A stretch of 63,165 nt of DNA, filler included, from Syncephalis fuscata S228 (Eukaryota; Fungi; Zoopagomycota): NCBI GenBank assembly GCA_025786725.1. It is 6 parts of 6 records of this genome, joined end to end, with 100 filler letters (N's around TTAATTAATTAA, not from the genome) between each part and the next. Parts side by side here need not be neighbours in the genome. Positions count along the whole stretch, not along the records: positions 18,725 to 32,187 come from JAHLTZ010000246.1; positions 32,288 to 46,201 come from JAHLTZ010000239.1; 4 more parts are not named here. One strand, 5' to 3'. Shown piece after piece: positions 25,195-39,654 of the stretch (position 1 is its first letter; the number at the start of each line of letters is the position of its first letter). The position numbers were made by a program, and so were the translations under genes. The notes beneath the pieces are model-generated. The model ran no database searches and was not told where the DNA came from. It saw only the letters and a program-made list of their open reading frames with translations.

Positions 25195-27295
25195 TTAATG
25201 ACCGCCACTTGGTCCAATGTCCGTTTGCACTTCTGACCAGCGACGTGGTCTAACAAATGCTCCAGCAATTCCTGCCAAAATAGTTGGTCCAATTAATGAG
25301 CCAAATAATACGTGGAATGCTTTAATTAATCCGTGAATACTAGAGATGCGAATATCATCTGGTAGACTATGGATACTGTCGAGCGAAACTGATCCTTCGC
25401 CTCCCTAAAAATTAAAAATGGTCAATCTACTAATAGAGCATATAAATAGTACATATTAATCTTACCCCGGTTGAAAAGTGTAGTTCCGGTGCAAATACAG
25501 CGGCAGCATTGTTGAATATAGCACCTGATATTGCTAGACCAATGGTGGCACCCATCATTTGAAAGAATGAGCATAGCATTGTGGATACTGCAATATCTAT
25601 TGATGCATAAGTTAGTATTTATGCATCATGCTAGCACAATTAATTACCTTCACTTTTGCACGAGGCTTGTGCAGCAAGAAAGATTGGCTGGCCTAACATG
25701 CCTAGACCTATGCCGGCAACTACAAGAATAATCATTTCTGATGCCATTTCTGGCATTTCCCAAAATGTTAATGTTAAACCGAGCGTGGTTGCTACAATGG
25801 CAAATCCTCCTGCTATAGTCGTGGGATAGGACCAAGCATTTAATTTACCAATAACTATAGTACTAACGATGGTGCAAATGCAAACTGCAATCATAAGTGG
25901 AATTAGCATAACACCAGCTTGGGTGGCACTTTTGTTGCGAATCAGCTATAGGCGATTAAAAATTAGCTAATAGTACTATTCATTAAATACTCCTACCTGA
26001 TAGAAAAGTGGCAAATAATACACTAGCGTAAATATCATCCAACCGGAAAAAAATGAAGAAACCATTGTCAATGCGGTATTACGCGAGGTAAGAATGCGTC
26101 CTGGAATAAATGGCTCCTTTGCGTGCCATCCCTCGACCCGAATAAAGGCAGTGTACATTACTGCAGAGAAACATAGTAAGGTAATGACAATGGGCGAATT
26201 CCAAGTGTACGCGTTGCCTCCCCATCCAAGTGCCAGCAGCATTGATACGATTGCCACAAGCAATAGCGTGGCACCAAGATAATCAATACGCTTGAGTTTA
26301 GAGCGTATTGACCCTTGAATGGGCGGCATATGGAAACCAAATATAATAATCAACATAGAGATAAAACCAATTGGCAGATTGATATAAAACTAGTTGTTAC
26401 ATTGTTAATACATTGTATTTAAACTAATAAATATAAAATGCATATTTAATTTACTTACTGCCCACCGCCATGTAATATGGTCGGTGAAAATGCCACCTAT
26501 AAGTGGACCAACAACACTACTAACGCCAAACACCGCGCCAAACCAGCCTTGCATGATAGAGCTGCGCTCAGGTGTTGATACGGCTAGTTAAATAAATGGT
26601 TTTTTAGTTTTAGAATAACCAGTAAATATAATTTGTTTACCTGTAATGATGACGAGTGCCAATGCATACATACTTTCGCCGCCGAAACCAGCAACAGCAC
26701 GAAATACAATAAGAAAAACCATGTTGGTGGCGAGGGCGCAGCCCAATGAGCCAAGCAAAAACATGACTAATGCAAATAAAAAGACCGGCTTTAATCCAAA
26801 AATGTTTGTGAGTTTACCGTAGAGTGGTGTAACAGCAGCCGTTGTCAAGAGATAGGCGCTACCAATCCAAGAAACATCTCCCAGGCTGTGAAATTCCGAA
26901 GCAATTTTCGGGATTGCCGTTGCTACGATAGTTTGATCCAACGAGCAAAGAAATACGGTTAATGCCATTCCTGAGAATAGAATAATCGAGCGTTTTAGCG
27001 ACATCGGCTCAACCGGCGACGGTAAATCTTTTTTCGCGTCATTTTCGCAAGCATTACCTAGCGACAGGTTATCGCTATTTTGCATGTTGTCGATGGCAGT
27101 AAACATTTGCTTTTGATTTGAACTAGGATTTGGTGACTGCTTAATTGACTGTGTTGTATCAGAGTCATGCTCTAAATCTTTATACTCAAGTAAATCGGAA
27201 GCTGTTTCTTTTTCAAGGCATGTACCGCTAGCTTCTCTCGCTATTGAATCCGGCAGGACTGTGGCTTTATTTTCTTGCTTGTTAGAAGCAAACAT
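25195..27295 (-). CDS. MFS drug:H+ antiporter (DHA2, 14-TM); multi-exon
   Basis: [41 protein letters not shown] and KRIDYLG motifs. Confidence 0.9.
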
Positions 27296-28412
27296 TATTG
27301 CGTTTTAATTAAATTCTTTTTATAATGCAACTAAAATAATTATTGCAAAAAACTATTGAAACCAGTAAGCTATATGAATGAGTAATCAGCGATGCTTAAT
27401 GATGGTGTGATTTTTGTCCTTGTTCATATCTTTCAAAATACTGTCAGGACAGTCTGCCCTAAGTATGTGTTGGCGTGGGATAAACCTTAAATAACTCCCA
27501 CTATTATTGCGTTAACTGCAATATGGTAGTTTTTAAAGGCGCTGTTATTATTGTCGTAAGACTCAACGACAAACGAAAATTTTGATGGTAATACGTGATT
27601 TTGAACGTTTGATTGAGAAGTCAAGAAACAAAAAATGTTAATTTCTAGATACTTCAAAATCCTGACTAGCTGTAACTGCTGTTGCAATTTTTGTAAAAAA
27701 GGAAAGAGTAACAAGGAAATATTTAATTTTAATAGATACTGGGACAGAGAGGATGCTACTGTTGCTGCGGTAATAGTATCGGGGATGGCCGTAATAATGA
27801 TCGTGATAATGGTATTAGCTGGTGACGAAGAAGGTAGAGAAAAAAAGGCGGTAATGGATGCAATATTATTTTCATAGCTATTAATTGTTTGAGGGTTGAG
27901 AAGCACAAGGCGCTTAATAGTGATGCATTAAATTTAATGTCCACGTGTTTTCAAGTTGATACAAGGAGTATACCAGTTCTATAACGATACTTAGCAGCAG
28001 TCCAGCATTGTTTATTTTGAACTAAGAAAATATTATTTTAAGTTTATGCAATACATATGCAATAGAAAACACAATAACTATAAATGACGAGTATTAAGCA
28101 AACCAAAAATAACAGCGAATAAAACATTGATAATAAAATGAAGACACAAGAAATAGTTTATCTTTAATTATTTATGCACCGTTTGTTTATTGTTAATATT
28201 TTTAATACTTTAATTTACGACTATAAAATTGGTGTTTTATTTGTTAATTATTAAATGCATTTTTAAAATAAAGTAAGTTAATTAAATGCTGTTTATTTGT
28301 TAAACGATATAGATTTACACATTCTTATAGTAATAATAGCTAATCATGCTTAATTTGTTTAAAGTCACTTTTATTGTCTGAAATTGACGTCGCTGGAGTA
28401 AAAACCGTTAGA

Positions 28413-29519
28413 TCAACGGGAATTAATCAATAAGCCTTTAAGAACTGTTGGAAGCATGGGTTTGATCTGAGCTTCATTGTAGCCAAAACGCATATAAAAA
28501 CCAGTAACCAATTCTGTCACTGCCTTGTCAAATCTTTGTGTTTGTGCCTTATATGCACCATTTCCGAAGAAACCAACAGATTTAACATCTAAAAAGCCAT
28601 TCGACTTGATAAATTTAACCTCGTGTTCACCGATAATAGTCACAGCTAATCATTAAATTAGTATCATTGCTATATGCTTTTATATAACTTACTTGATCTG
28701 TCCATATTGTAATACCATCCCATTCTTTTTAAAAGATCAAAAGCTATAGCATATATGGTTAGTTTTACTCCAAAAAATGTTTTGAATACCTACCCTTTTT
28801 AAGCTTATTAACAAAGTTCTGTATATAAACTTGTGCTAGTCTAGGATCTTTAGATTTATTAGCAGAAACCTGTTTAAATCTATCAGCAACAGCATAAAGA
28901 TCTTCAGTAACGGTGTATGGCATCACCAAATAACAAGTAATGCTTTGACCGCGCGGATATTGTTTAACAGGACAGTTAAGAACACTCTTGGCTTCATTAT
29001 CTGCTGGCGTATTGAATTTTGGATCCATGCATTTCTATCCTTACAATTAGACAGGTTATTAAAAAAAGTAGCAATTATTTCTTACTGTATAAAAGTTATA
29101 GGGGGCTATAGTCTTATCATTGATACCCGCGCACTGAACTTCAGCAGATTTTCCATTTAATTTTCCAAAAGCGCTCATCGTAGTTGTACCTGAGCTAGTA
29201 AGAATAAGTCCATTTTCGCCAAATGCTCCTGCTTTTCCAGCTGGATATCCAAAAAACGAATTGGTTTCTAAATTATGATATAGTTAGTATTATTGCAGCA
29301 TGGTATATACAACCACTTACTCTTGTCCCATCCTAATGCTCCTGGAGCTATTTGGTTATTTGCCCCACCAACTGGTGTAACTTGTGCTCCACCAGCGGGC
29401 GCTACTTGTGTTCCACCAAAAAATGGCATTCTTGCTTCGGCAACGTTCTGCATAGTTGAAACCAGCAACAGCATGGCAGTAACGGTTGGGAAACTAAGTT
29501 TTTTCGCAAGCATCATCAT
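28413..29519 (-). pseudogene. Secreted effector-like protein, paralogue of 46375-47395, with a 1-nt frameshift near 29279
   Basis: Signal peptide. Shares CC.N.NY, FFGY.AGKAG.FG, CP.K.Y and VADR.K with the paralogue. The frame breaks just after NTNY. Confidence 0.6.
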
Positions 29520-31365
29520 GTTGAATGGTTGTTTTCTAGTATCGATCTACGAGGTTTTAGAAAAGACTTTTAAAAGGCGTCGATGATAATGATGTTTTAA
29601 AAGCGATTGTCGTCGATGTGAAGAGTGTTAGGAATAAAGTAAATTGTTTGCTTGAAAGCAGGCGCTTATTTATAGTAAATAGTCGATCATGACAGCTGGT
29701 ATACACTGTTTTCACTAAGCAAGTATGGAGTTATGTGCGTATGTAACATCGTTTGAATTAAACCAATAAACAGGTATTATCGGTGTCAAGTAACAAAATA
29801 TGGAAGTACAAAACTCAATACAAAACTTCAGGAATCAAATGTTTCAAGATTATACTACTTTGGTTAGTGATCAGTACAAATATGATGTAGTGTAGGTATA
29901 AATGTTTAAAAATAAATGAGTGATTGCAAGTATAATTTAAATTACATAAATAAAATATTTCTTGAATTATAAGAGATTTTCTACCAAGGCTTGATTGTTA
30001 TTATAATTTCTACATTGTCTTAGTGATTTATAAACTGGATGAAACGGCCAACGTGGTAATTTTTATCTTTGCAGCAATCTACGAAAAATTGCTAGTTTTA
30101 TTCCACACAAAGCCCTCTTCCCCTTAAATCATCCCTTCAGTTCTATGGTTGAACATACCCCGAAAACACCGCGAGTCTAAAATACATCCATTCAAGCTCA
30201 AGCAACAATGAAAGGAATAAAAAATTACGGCTAAACGTAAACAGTTGCCATTATTTAATGTTTGCTAGTTTAAGCAATGTTTTTACAGTATGCTTAATAG
30301 CAAATAAATAAACTTTTGTTCATATATAATTTGAAGTATATAATTTATTTAGCAAATAAAAACTTATGCAATTGCTTTTTTGTTTTTGGAATTGCCATTA
30401 ATGTCAATATGCTGCTAGTCTTACCGCTTTTGAGAAAGAATAGACTGGATGCTACTAGTTTAAAAGTATTTGATATTTTAATTTACTCACATTTTACGTC
30501 TCTAAAAAACTCGAATAAATTTACTTAAATCCATTATTATTACTTAGTCTTTGAATTTATTTCTATTGATTCCAATGATTTTAACTAAAAACGATTTATT
30601 TTATTGCAATTTAAAGCTGTGCGCTTCTATCATACAATCAAATTGGCAATTATAACAGTTTTATTAACAAGATGCATTCATGCCAAAAAACGTATCTCAA
30701 GTTTTTAATCTATTTAGCATGGCTTGCACACTTAATAATAAACTAATTGAATTTTATTCCCAGTATGCTTGCGATGGTACTCAAAACCAATTTCTTAATC
30801 ATTAGCTTATAATTTCCAAGAATATGAAGAACAGATTAAAAGGACCCTGATGGGAATAAATCTTAATTAAAGTAAAACAAAGCTTAATTTGAGCTTTGTC
30901 GATTCATGTAATTTAATCAAATAGCAACAATGTAAAAGCAGGCACAGCTCAAAATTCCATTCCTAAAGCGAAAATATTGTATTTTTGGCTATAAATCAAT
31001 ATGTACTAAGCTTCAGTCTATTATTTTTATAATTTCTTTCTTATATCGTATATATCAACACTATTAATGCAGATTAGACACATTTAAAGTGTATAAAACA
31101 TTTACGCATCACGCTTCATTCACAACTACTATTTAGGCATAATTTCTAAGCATCTAAAATACAATTAAGCACATAAATGGGCGTTGCAATAGGGATTAAT
31201 CAGCAGGCCAATCACGTGCTATTCAAGCACACAATTTAGGACACAAATGCTACAAGTATAGCGACATAGCTGTCAGTATTGTTTGTACATGGCATTTCCC
31301 TAGTTTGTACTGCGCATAACGTTTTTCCTTTTTGTTCTTTTATTAGTTTAAGATTTTACTTGGTG

Positions 31366-32187
31366 ATGCTTTCGTCACTGCGCAGTAGCGATAGGACATG
31401 TCATCGACTTTCTATCTTACCTGACCTCGTTATTGAACGCATTCTATACCATGTCGACCATTTATCTGATGCATTTTCTTTCGCAGCTACTTGCCGTGAC
31501 ATCCGTTTCCTTTCGTTGAAAGCAGCCTCTTACTGGAAATTTCAGTACCAAAAACAATTCGGCTACTCGATAGAAGAAAACAATTGGGAAATGGCACGAA
31601 CACGACAAGAATCATTTGGAGCCCCTTGTAAAATTAATCCGAACGAAATCAATCACAATAAAACAAATGATGATGTATCTGTTGTTGGTATCTGCTACTA
31701 TGCCGTCGTGGCATTCTGGAACGGCAATGGAAGAAATGTCGCTGGCGGCCTGGTGGTGTACGAGTACAAAAACCAGATGATTCGACACATTTGACAATAA
31801 ATAAAACATCAATAAAGACATAAGCATAGCTAGACTTCAACTTATTGGAAATGATGAAAGGTTTCTTCTGTTGGCCGATCACATTCGCAGCCGGCTAATC
31901 GTTGTGGAGCCAGAGTCACCTGCTCGAATGGTTGAACTTGAGCAGCCAACAGATATTACAGAAAACGTATGGCCAGTCAAGCTAGGATCGATAACATTTG
32001 GTAGATATTGGATGGCAGCCAGCATGGTTGATACTGGTGTAATATGTATTTGGCAACTAAAAGATGGCAGCTTGATGAGCAATTGCCAACGCCGTGGAAA
32101 ATGCCAAACATCACTTCTTTATACAACTGGCTTCTTGTGCAGCCAGACCGACAAGACAATGACGCAAATGACTGTGCTTTTTTCAAA
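31366..32187 (+). pseudogene. F-box protein pseudogene (frameshift near 31685, later stops; cut by gap)
   Basis: LSILPDLVIERILYHV...FAATCRDIR...YWK is F-box-like. The expected WYLLLCRRGILERQW continuation lies in another frame and is followed by stops. Confidence 0.6.
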
Positions 32188-32351
32188 NNNNNNNNNNNNN
32201 NNNNNNNNNNNNNNNNNNNNNNNNNNNNNNNTTAATTAATTAANNNNNNNNNNNNNNNNNNNNNNNNNNNNNNNNNNNNNNNNNNNNTAATAGTACTAGT
32301 TGTTTCTGCTATTGTTATTACACTGATAATAAACAAGCTATTAAGCCATTG

Positions 32352-32750
32352 AATGTGATTTAAAGTCAAATAATTAAATTTAATACATTCATGCAGTTGA
32401 GATAGACAATCGCTCTATTGAACATAATGATGGGTGGCGAGTGACATCAATCAGCACATACTCATCATCATAGATTTATTATCTCATATGCATATACTCA
32501 GTACACATGTATCATTCCTATTCTATTCCTCACGACTATATATCATTTTATAACATACTAGACACATTTTATCGTTTATACACACTAACACGCTTCATTT
32601 ATTTCACTCATTACATTTTATGCACTATAATGTTAACACTGTTTTATATACTTTCTTGCCGTACATTTATCATTTTACATAGCATTTTATACTCGCCTAG
32701 CCTTCTTCAATCCAAAACCATATTTACGTTTGTTCTAGCTTCATTATTAA
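32352..32750 (+). repeat. Dispersed AT-rich repeat, same family as 8428-8800
   Basis: Colinear similarity, also visible in the spurious ORFs 8496-8798 and 32507-32800. Confidence 0.7.
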
Positions 32751-34686
32751 TGAGGATCGGCTCATTTCAACTCATTTACTCGTGGATATATGCTCAGTAG
32801 ATTTAACACCGCCATTTACATTTTTTCATTAAATAGTCACTTTAGTATATTTTATTTTATCATATAGTAGCTATGCTATATTCAAAACTATTATTTCTTT
32901 ATTTTCAGCTTTATTAGTCGTAAATTTTAGTTTATTCTGCTCATTTTATCCACTAAGTTATATGCGCTATGACTTTGACATGGCTATTCATACACTTTCA
33001 GCAAGATCATGACTATAAGAATGATACTGAGCAAATATATAATGCATATTGTTTATTCTATAATAAATATAATATGCTTTACAGCTACTTGAACATTGGT
33101 ACAAAGATAGATATAATAACAACAAGATTATAGACATTACTGAACGTGCCGTGATGTAACTATCAGTGTGTAAAATACAATGATGATCAACTAGCTGCCA
33201 TTCTTGCATATAGCTACAATATTAATAGATCAATAAAAATATATTATCTATGATACGTTACCAGTCAATTGTAAATATATTTTGTCACTTGAAATACTGA
33301 GTGTATTTGCTGTTTTATATGACATTGCTCAATTTAAATGCATAAACGTTTAACTGCCTAGAAATAATTAAAGTGCCAATAATTTACTAACACTCAGGCA
33401 GTTTTTGATCTATATCACAACATTTAAATTAGTTACAAATGATATTTTAATACCGTTGAATATAACTACAGGCACAAGTATCTTATATACGTCATTGTTT
33501 TAGCGATCATTTATTTGCTCTTGTATCTAGTATAGTAAATAAATTACAACCATATATACTAAGCACATTGCTATACACATTTATGCATGTATGTTAAATA
33601 TAACAAAAGCTATCAGCTATTGATACTGCAAAACAACAAGCTATTGCAAACTGTTGTAGTGGTGAGCTGGCTACAATAAGCTAACTGATATGTATCTGCA
33701 TCAGTAACAAGACTACGGTGATTACAACGCACCTATCAACAAATCATCTTTAAATCCAAGTTTCAATATAAACGTGCTGTATAAAGCATTGACATTATTT
33801 ATGGTTGCTAAAAGATACAGATATACTGGAATATAAATCAGCCAAATAAGTAATGAAGCAATCGTATAAATAGAAATAAACCGTATATTATGAATATTGG
33901 AATATATACAAGTGGCTTGAATAAATACCATTATATGTTATTGCAGCTACATGTATTGTATAAATGATTTGTTATTGTTTCAGTCGTGTACACGCGTTAT
34001 TATTACACGATAGTCATGGTGGTGGCGTATTTATGAAAAGTAAACACAAGATCACGTGCTATGTGCCTATTTGTTGTTGTGACCACGCCATCCAGTTCAT
34101 CGGACTATTTACCGGTTTAGCAAGGCGTACACAGACCATTTGATATTCATTTCCGATGCAGGCCTGTTTTGGCTAGTGAGATCGTATTGAGCTGCACAAG
34201 ACGATAGTGATACTACATGTTGTATATACAAATACCCAATACAAACAAACGACAATACAAACTACTAGGTATAAATGTAAAATAGTTTAGTTATTTACTG
34301 TGTAAAAGCCGCGCAAGATCAATCTGTAGTGCTCTATAACACTTTCTGTTTATTTTCTTCCACAACTTCGTTTACTCACTCACTACATTATTATAGTTTA
34401 CAAAGTATCTTAAAAGTAAGCAAGTGTTGCGTTTTGTAGTTGCGTTTGCACTGGATAGTGAATGATACTATAGTTTCTGTGCCAAGTTGGTTTGTTGCGT
34501 AGCACTTTGCGTTGTGCATATTTGTTTGTTTGGCTGCGCAATGCATCCTTAGCACTTACGTATTACCATTCATCCACTTGAACGGATAGTTCGGCTTGTT
34601 GTACTGTGGCAGAGCTTGCGTTTTGTATATTGTTTAAATGGTGTTAATTGCATGTTGTGCATTTGCTACAGCAAAAGTAGTTTATT

Positions 34687-35289
34687 ATGGCTACTCCATT
34701 CCATACGCGCGGTAGTTCTCAAACTGCCAAGCAGCCTATGCATAATCGTAAACGCACATTCTCTGAGGCGTATATGATGCAAGGCTGCAAGACGACCTTG
34801 AAAAAGGTCCGTGTGACGAAGCTGATATCGCGGCCAATACTTGCTTCGTCTGCACCATCCTTTGCCACGCCTGTCTTTAACTTCTTTGTAAATTACCACT
34901 CGTCAAATTGGACTGTCAGCGATGCAGCTCCAATGGAAGATGTTAAAACAGCCAATGCCTTTACTTTCGAGTCGCACTATTGCTCGCCCAGCGGTGCTGC
35001 CAACAAGGCAATGCCAATGGAAGGTGTTGAGTACACCAGCGCGCCCCAAGCTGCAGAGGCAAGATCAAGCGAGGATGAAGCGGTTCGAAAAGTAGCTGCT
35101 CCAAAGTCGCGCCGCAGTCTTGTGCACCGCGCTAGCGAGAAAGCACCAGTTAGTGCTAGCGATGACGAGAAGAAACAGGCGGATGTGGCCGAGGAGGAGC
35201 CGGTCGAGAGAGAAGAACTCGAAGAAGTAGTTGCACCAGGGCCACGAATTATCACAGTGACTTTTGATGACGACGAAGAAGAAGCATAG
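34687..35289 (+). CDS. Hypothetical protein with acidic C-terminus
   Basis: 200-aa GC-richer ORF followed by a short intron-like segment; no family recognised. Confidence 0.55.
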   Translation: MATPFHTRGSSQTAKQPMHNRKRTFSEAYMMQGCKTTLKKVRVTKLISRPILASSAPSFATPVFNFFVNYHSSNWTVSDAAPMEDVKTANAFTFESHYCSPSGAANKAMPMEGVEYTSAPQAAEARSSEDEAVRKVAAPKSRRSLVHRASEKAPVSASDDEKKQADVAEEEPVEREELEEVVAPGPRIITVTFDDDEEEA

Positions 35290-36582
35290 GCAAAGTAAGT
35301 AGAATATAAATTAAATAGAGCAATACTAATACTAATTTAGGCATCATTGCCATAAGGCGGGACCAGCAGACAAGCGGCACTGTACACCGGGCTCTGTTGT
35401 TCAATTATAGAACTTGACAGGGACTGGGAACAGTAGCCACTTGTCTTTTTGGTGGGCTAGCCACTTTTGCCGAATCACATTTTGTTTTATTTTGTTTTAT
35501 AGGTTTTGCACCAATAAATCAGTTTATAATTATTAAAATTTACTACAAATGAATACCAATACTAATGTTTAGACAATAGCTATTTAGGCAACAAGATACA
35601 ACAACGCCATTTCTAAACTACTAATCGATTTAAATTAATATATCATTTATTATAAGTAACATACTAGTGAATATTAATATTTACACCCAATCAATATTGT
35701 TCATTAGATTTACAACAACTAGAAATCACTGTATTACTTTATACAAATATATAATCACTTGACTAGTACAAAAACTGTTACATAATAAATACATTCAGTT
35801 CGTCTACACAAGTGGCATTATATACTATATGGCAATTGCAAACTTGTAACACTTGTTGCTGTTTAATTGTACGTATTATTATACACTTTGTTTTTATAGG
35901 AAATTAATTAACCAAGTATAATCTGGGATTCAAATGAATACATCTGATAGTATTGCGCAATCGAATTAGGCATTTATTTTATTGAGCATAAAGCTAAGTA
36001 GTAAGTTATATTGCTTATCAGAATACTTATTATTATAAATTTATCACTTGGTATGCATAGATGTATGAACAGGTGAATTAAATGAATTGAGGCTTAATAT
36101 TAATAAAACCAACGATACATAGCTATTGGATCTGAATAATACTCGATTGCTATATAATAAGATGTTGTACAACAGGACGAATACATACTGATCAAAACAT
36201 GAATAGCGGTGAAGCTATTGTGTATATATGCATAAGCAAATTTAAAGAAATGAGTTGGGATTTAGTAACACCAAAGCTAAAATAAAACTAAAAACATTTT
36301 TGGATAGAGAAAAGCAGAATGTGTATAGAGTGATATATAATAGAAAGAATATAAAATATAAAAAGTGGTGTTAAACCTATATACGCATAACACAATAAAT
36401 GGAATGCGTAGATTGCATTGCAAACTATAATGAATAAAATACGTTTATTATATTATAGAATGATATAGGTAGATAGAGATATATGCATACTGGATAATGG
36501 ATCTATGATGACGAGTATTTGATGATTGATGTCACTCACCATCCATCATCATGTTTAATAGATTGGATGTTATTAAATTTAG

Positions 36583-36669
36583 GGGGTGGCAGGCAAATGC
36601 TGCAAATGCGCGGTTAGGTCCTACAAACCGTTGTCTCACTCAAGCTAATAAATCCAAATCCAAATCCAA
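36583..36669 (+). mobile_element. Short (5'-truncated) retroposon insertion with (AAATCC)n tail
   Basis: Perfect 16-bp duplication ATGTTATTAAATTTAG at 36567-36582 and 36670-36685. It interrupts an inverted copy of the dispersed repeat. Confidence 0.7.
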
Positions 36670-37692
36670 ATGTTATTAAATTTAGTCATTTGACCCCCCC
36701 CCCCAAAGCACTCTAAATAGTTGATTACCTGTCTAATAATTTTGTATGGCATGCAATATGCCATGCGATCATCACATTTTATTTGATTCCATTAGTAAAT
36801 GTCAGTGCTCGCATACTTTGAAAATTAAAAAAACAAAATGTTGTGTAGTAGTGCCATGGCTTCTTGTATAAACTATGTATTCAAAATTAATGAAAGGATA
36901 ATCGGTTTAATAATATAAAATTAAATTTTATCTTTGTTTTTCTTTAGCATGGTATTAACCGCTACACCACGTGCATCTGCTATATGCTTCCAGTTAACGT
37001 AAGTCTGCTTTTACGCCATTGAAAAAAGGAATCGGCAATGATGAGTGATAACGTGCTATTCTCGGGGTTCTTCGGGCATTAACCGGTAATTATTACAGAT
37101 TAGCATGCCTTGTCAAGTCAATAAGCATTACTGCCATTATAGCTGTTTGTTTAATGCTGTCGCGTGGATCCTTTGTGCTAATCCAGTCTGTGATATTCCA
37201 GCTAAGTTGCTTTTTTACCATAATTATCGAATCAACGGCATCTGATTCGAAGACAGCACGTCCATCGTGGCGGTAGCACGAGAAACAAGGCGGCAAAAAC
37301 CTGTTTATTACTGCATTCGGCAGATGTGTGTTTGTAGACAAACAGGATAAGGAAGCAGCAAATACATCAATGACACAAAATTTCCAAATAAAGGTCATTT
37401 ATAAAACTAGAAAGGTCAATATTGGCGTATATGATTGATTTTTTCACCTGTGCTTCTCCTGAAATATACAGCACCTTGACTGGTATAAGATCAGGACAAC
37501 ACTAAGTCGAGTATCAGTATCAGCTTTTCTCCTTGCTTTCTGTTTGCTCTCTAAGTATCCTATTATAGTTTGCTCATAACCAGCTACTGTATTGTACATT
37601 TGCTCAGTAGTTACAGTTGTTTATTCTTCTTTGTGCTAGGCTGTGTTGTGTTGCTCTTGTTTAGCTATTAGTTATATAAACCGTGTTAAACA

Positions 37693-38831
37693 ATGGGCAT
37701 TAATATAAGTCTTCCCAGACGCGGGAGCCAAAGGAGTTCTAGCACCAATGGAAAAAATTCACAAGGCAGCGGATCCGGTCGACAACGGTCCAAATCCGAC
37801 TGCTTTGTATACGAGAAAGGACGGCGCTTTCACGGCGAAAAAGATGTGCCTTACCCTTTACCCAATGATTTAAACGAAGTGGATCGGTAGGTACTAGATA
37901 TGTATAGTAAGAAATATATGTTTTTGACAAACTGTTTATCATTCTGACGTTTAGCCTTGATTTGCAGCATTTTATGATAAGATACTCTCTTAATGGTAAT
38001 CATGTCTGTAAACTCAATCATCCGCAAAAGATGATTGACATTGGTACCGGTACTGGTATATGGGTCATGGTAAATAAATAAGAAAATAGTGGTTTTATTG
38101 CTAATAGATCGATATTTCATCAATATCCGCTGTGACCAATTGGCAATCTAGGAAATGGCATCAGAGTTTCCTGAGTGTCAGGTTTTTGGCATTGATATAT
38201 CGGCAATACAACCAAAAGCGATTATACCGCCTAATGTGCATTTTGAGACAATGAACATTTTAGAAGGTAGATTTATTTGATTAGCATAAACAATATGCTA
38301 AACATTGTATATGTATAAAAAGGTATTTCTTACGAGTCCAATTTGTTTGACTATGTACATCAACGGTTGTTGTGCGCAGCAATTCCCGAACTATATTGGC
38401 CAGAACTTGTAAAGGATTTAGCGCGTATCTGTGCACCTGGTGGCTCAGTAGAGATTATCGAGTCGTCCGCGTTGCTCTATAACGGCGGCCCATTGTGCGA
38501 GCAGGTCAACAATTGGTTTAATAACGTATGTTATTCGCGTGATATTCGGCTCGAGAAAGTATGGGACATTCCCGAGATGTTGGAAGCGGCCGGACTAAAC
38601 CTTGAAACAGAACATTATATAAGATTGCCAATGGGCGAGTGGTGCAAAGAACTGGGCAGCACGGGCTGGCAAGATTTACTCAGTATTATAACGTCAGTAC
38701 GTCCTAAGATTATAGCTACCAGCCATATTACTGATGATGAAATCGATGCTGTTCTTGAAAATTTACACGAGGAGATTATTGCTGGACAAGCTCACTGGAA
38801 GGTTGGCATATTTATCGGCCATAAGCCATAA
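37693..38831 (+). CDS. Class I SAM-dependent methyltransferase (LaeA/TAM-like fungal family); multi-exon
   Basis: GRRFH...YPLPNDLNEVDR, IDIGTGTGIW, EMASEFP, GIDIS and FDYVHQR motifs. Confidence 0.85.
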
Positions 38832-39654
38832 ATGATTGCCCTAAAAAATATAATTACTTATCTGATCGGCATTCAGTTATGCCTGCGCAATTCACCGTAA
38901 ATGTAAATAGACTTTATTGATTATTAATAAATATTTATACAATTAACTATTTAATAGGATGTACATAGTAAAGATGTTCATTAAAATAGTAGCAGTTAAC
39001 AACACTAATTTGGTGTATTATTTTTAGAATAACCTTTATTAAATAATTATTTTATCTATGCTATTCACATCCAAGTAATATTGCATCATTATTTATTAAA
39101 TACTACTACTAATGTTTGGGCTGTGCATTAATACACTTATATCATATCGTTTTGTAGCATCACAAACTATTCTAATATGTAATTACATATGTAGCTTTAT
39201 AGTTGGATACTATTTGGAAGTCTATAAATCGCTTAGATAGCGACATTTGAACTAGAGATATTTGATTTATACTATTGCCGCATATAAAAATGGCTGATTA
39301 CTGGGTGTTAGATATAAGCATTTTCATAATTTAAATTCCTCCACTCCGTTTACTGTTCTAATTTGTCATTCAACACGTGGGTCGTTTTAGAAATCAGCCT
39401 ATTTTATACAACTAGCTTACTTATCCAATAACATTTGAATAGATGGTTTCAAGTTATACCATTTTGATATTCGCTGTCACTTTTATCAGCCAAAACCATT
39501 CAGATGGATATACGCTATATATATCGGCATTTTCTTTTTTTTTCACGTAGTTCCTCATCTTCACAAGACATACCATCTCCTCCACCTTTTAACGAACAAC
39601 TTTTCATATAAAATATATTTCTTGCGCAATTTAAATAGATAGAAATATACAATA

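Noticed and set aside
3131-27295. Siderophore gene cluster linking the NIS synthetase and the MFS transporter
   Set aside because: They are about 20 kb apart, separated by housekeeping genes and an assembly spacer, and the transporter is a generic DHA2 type.
27487-27944. ORFs upstream of the MFS gene
   Set aside because: Low-complexity overlapping ORFs with no motif or splice support.
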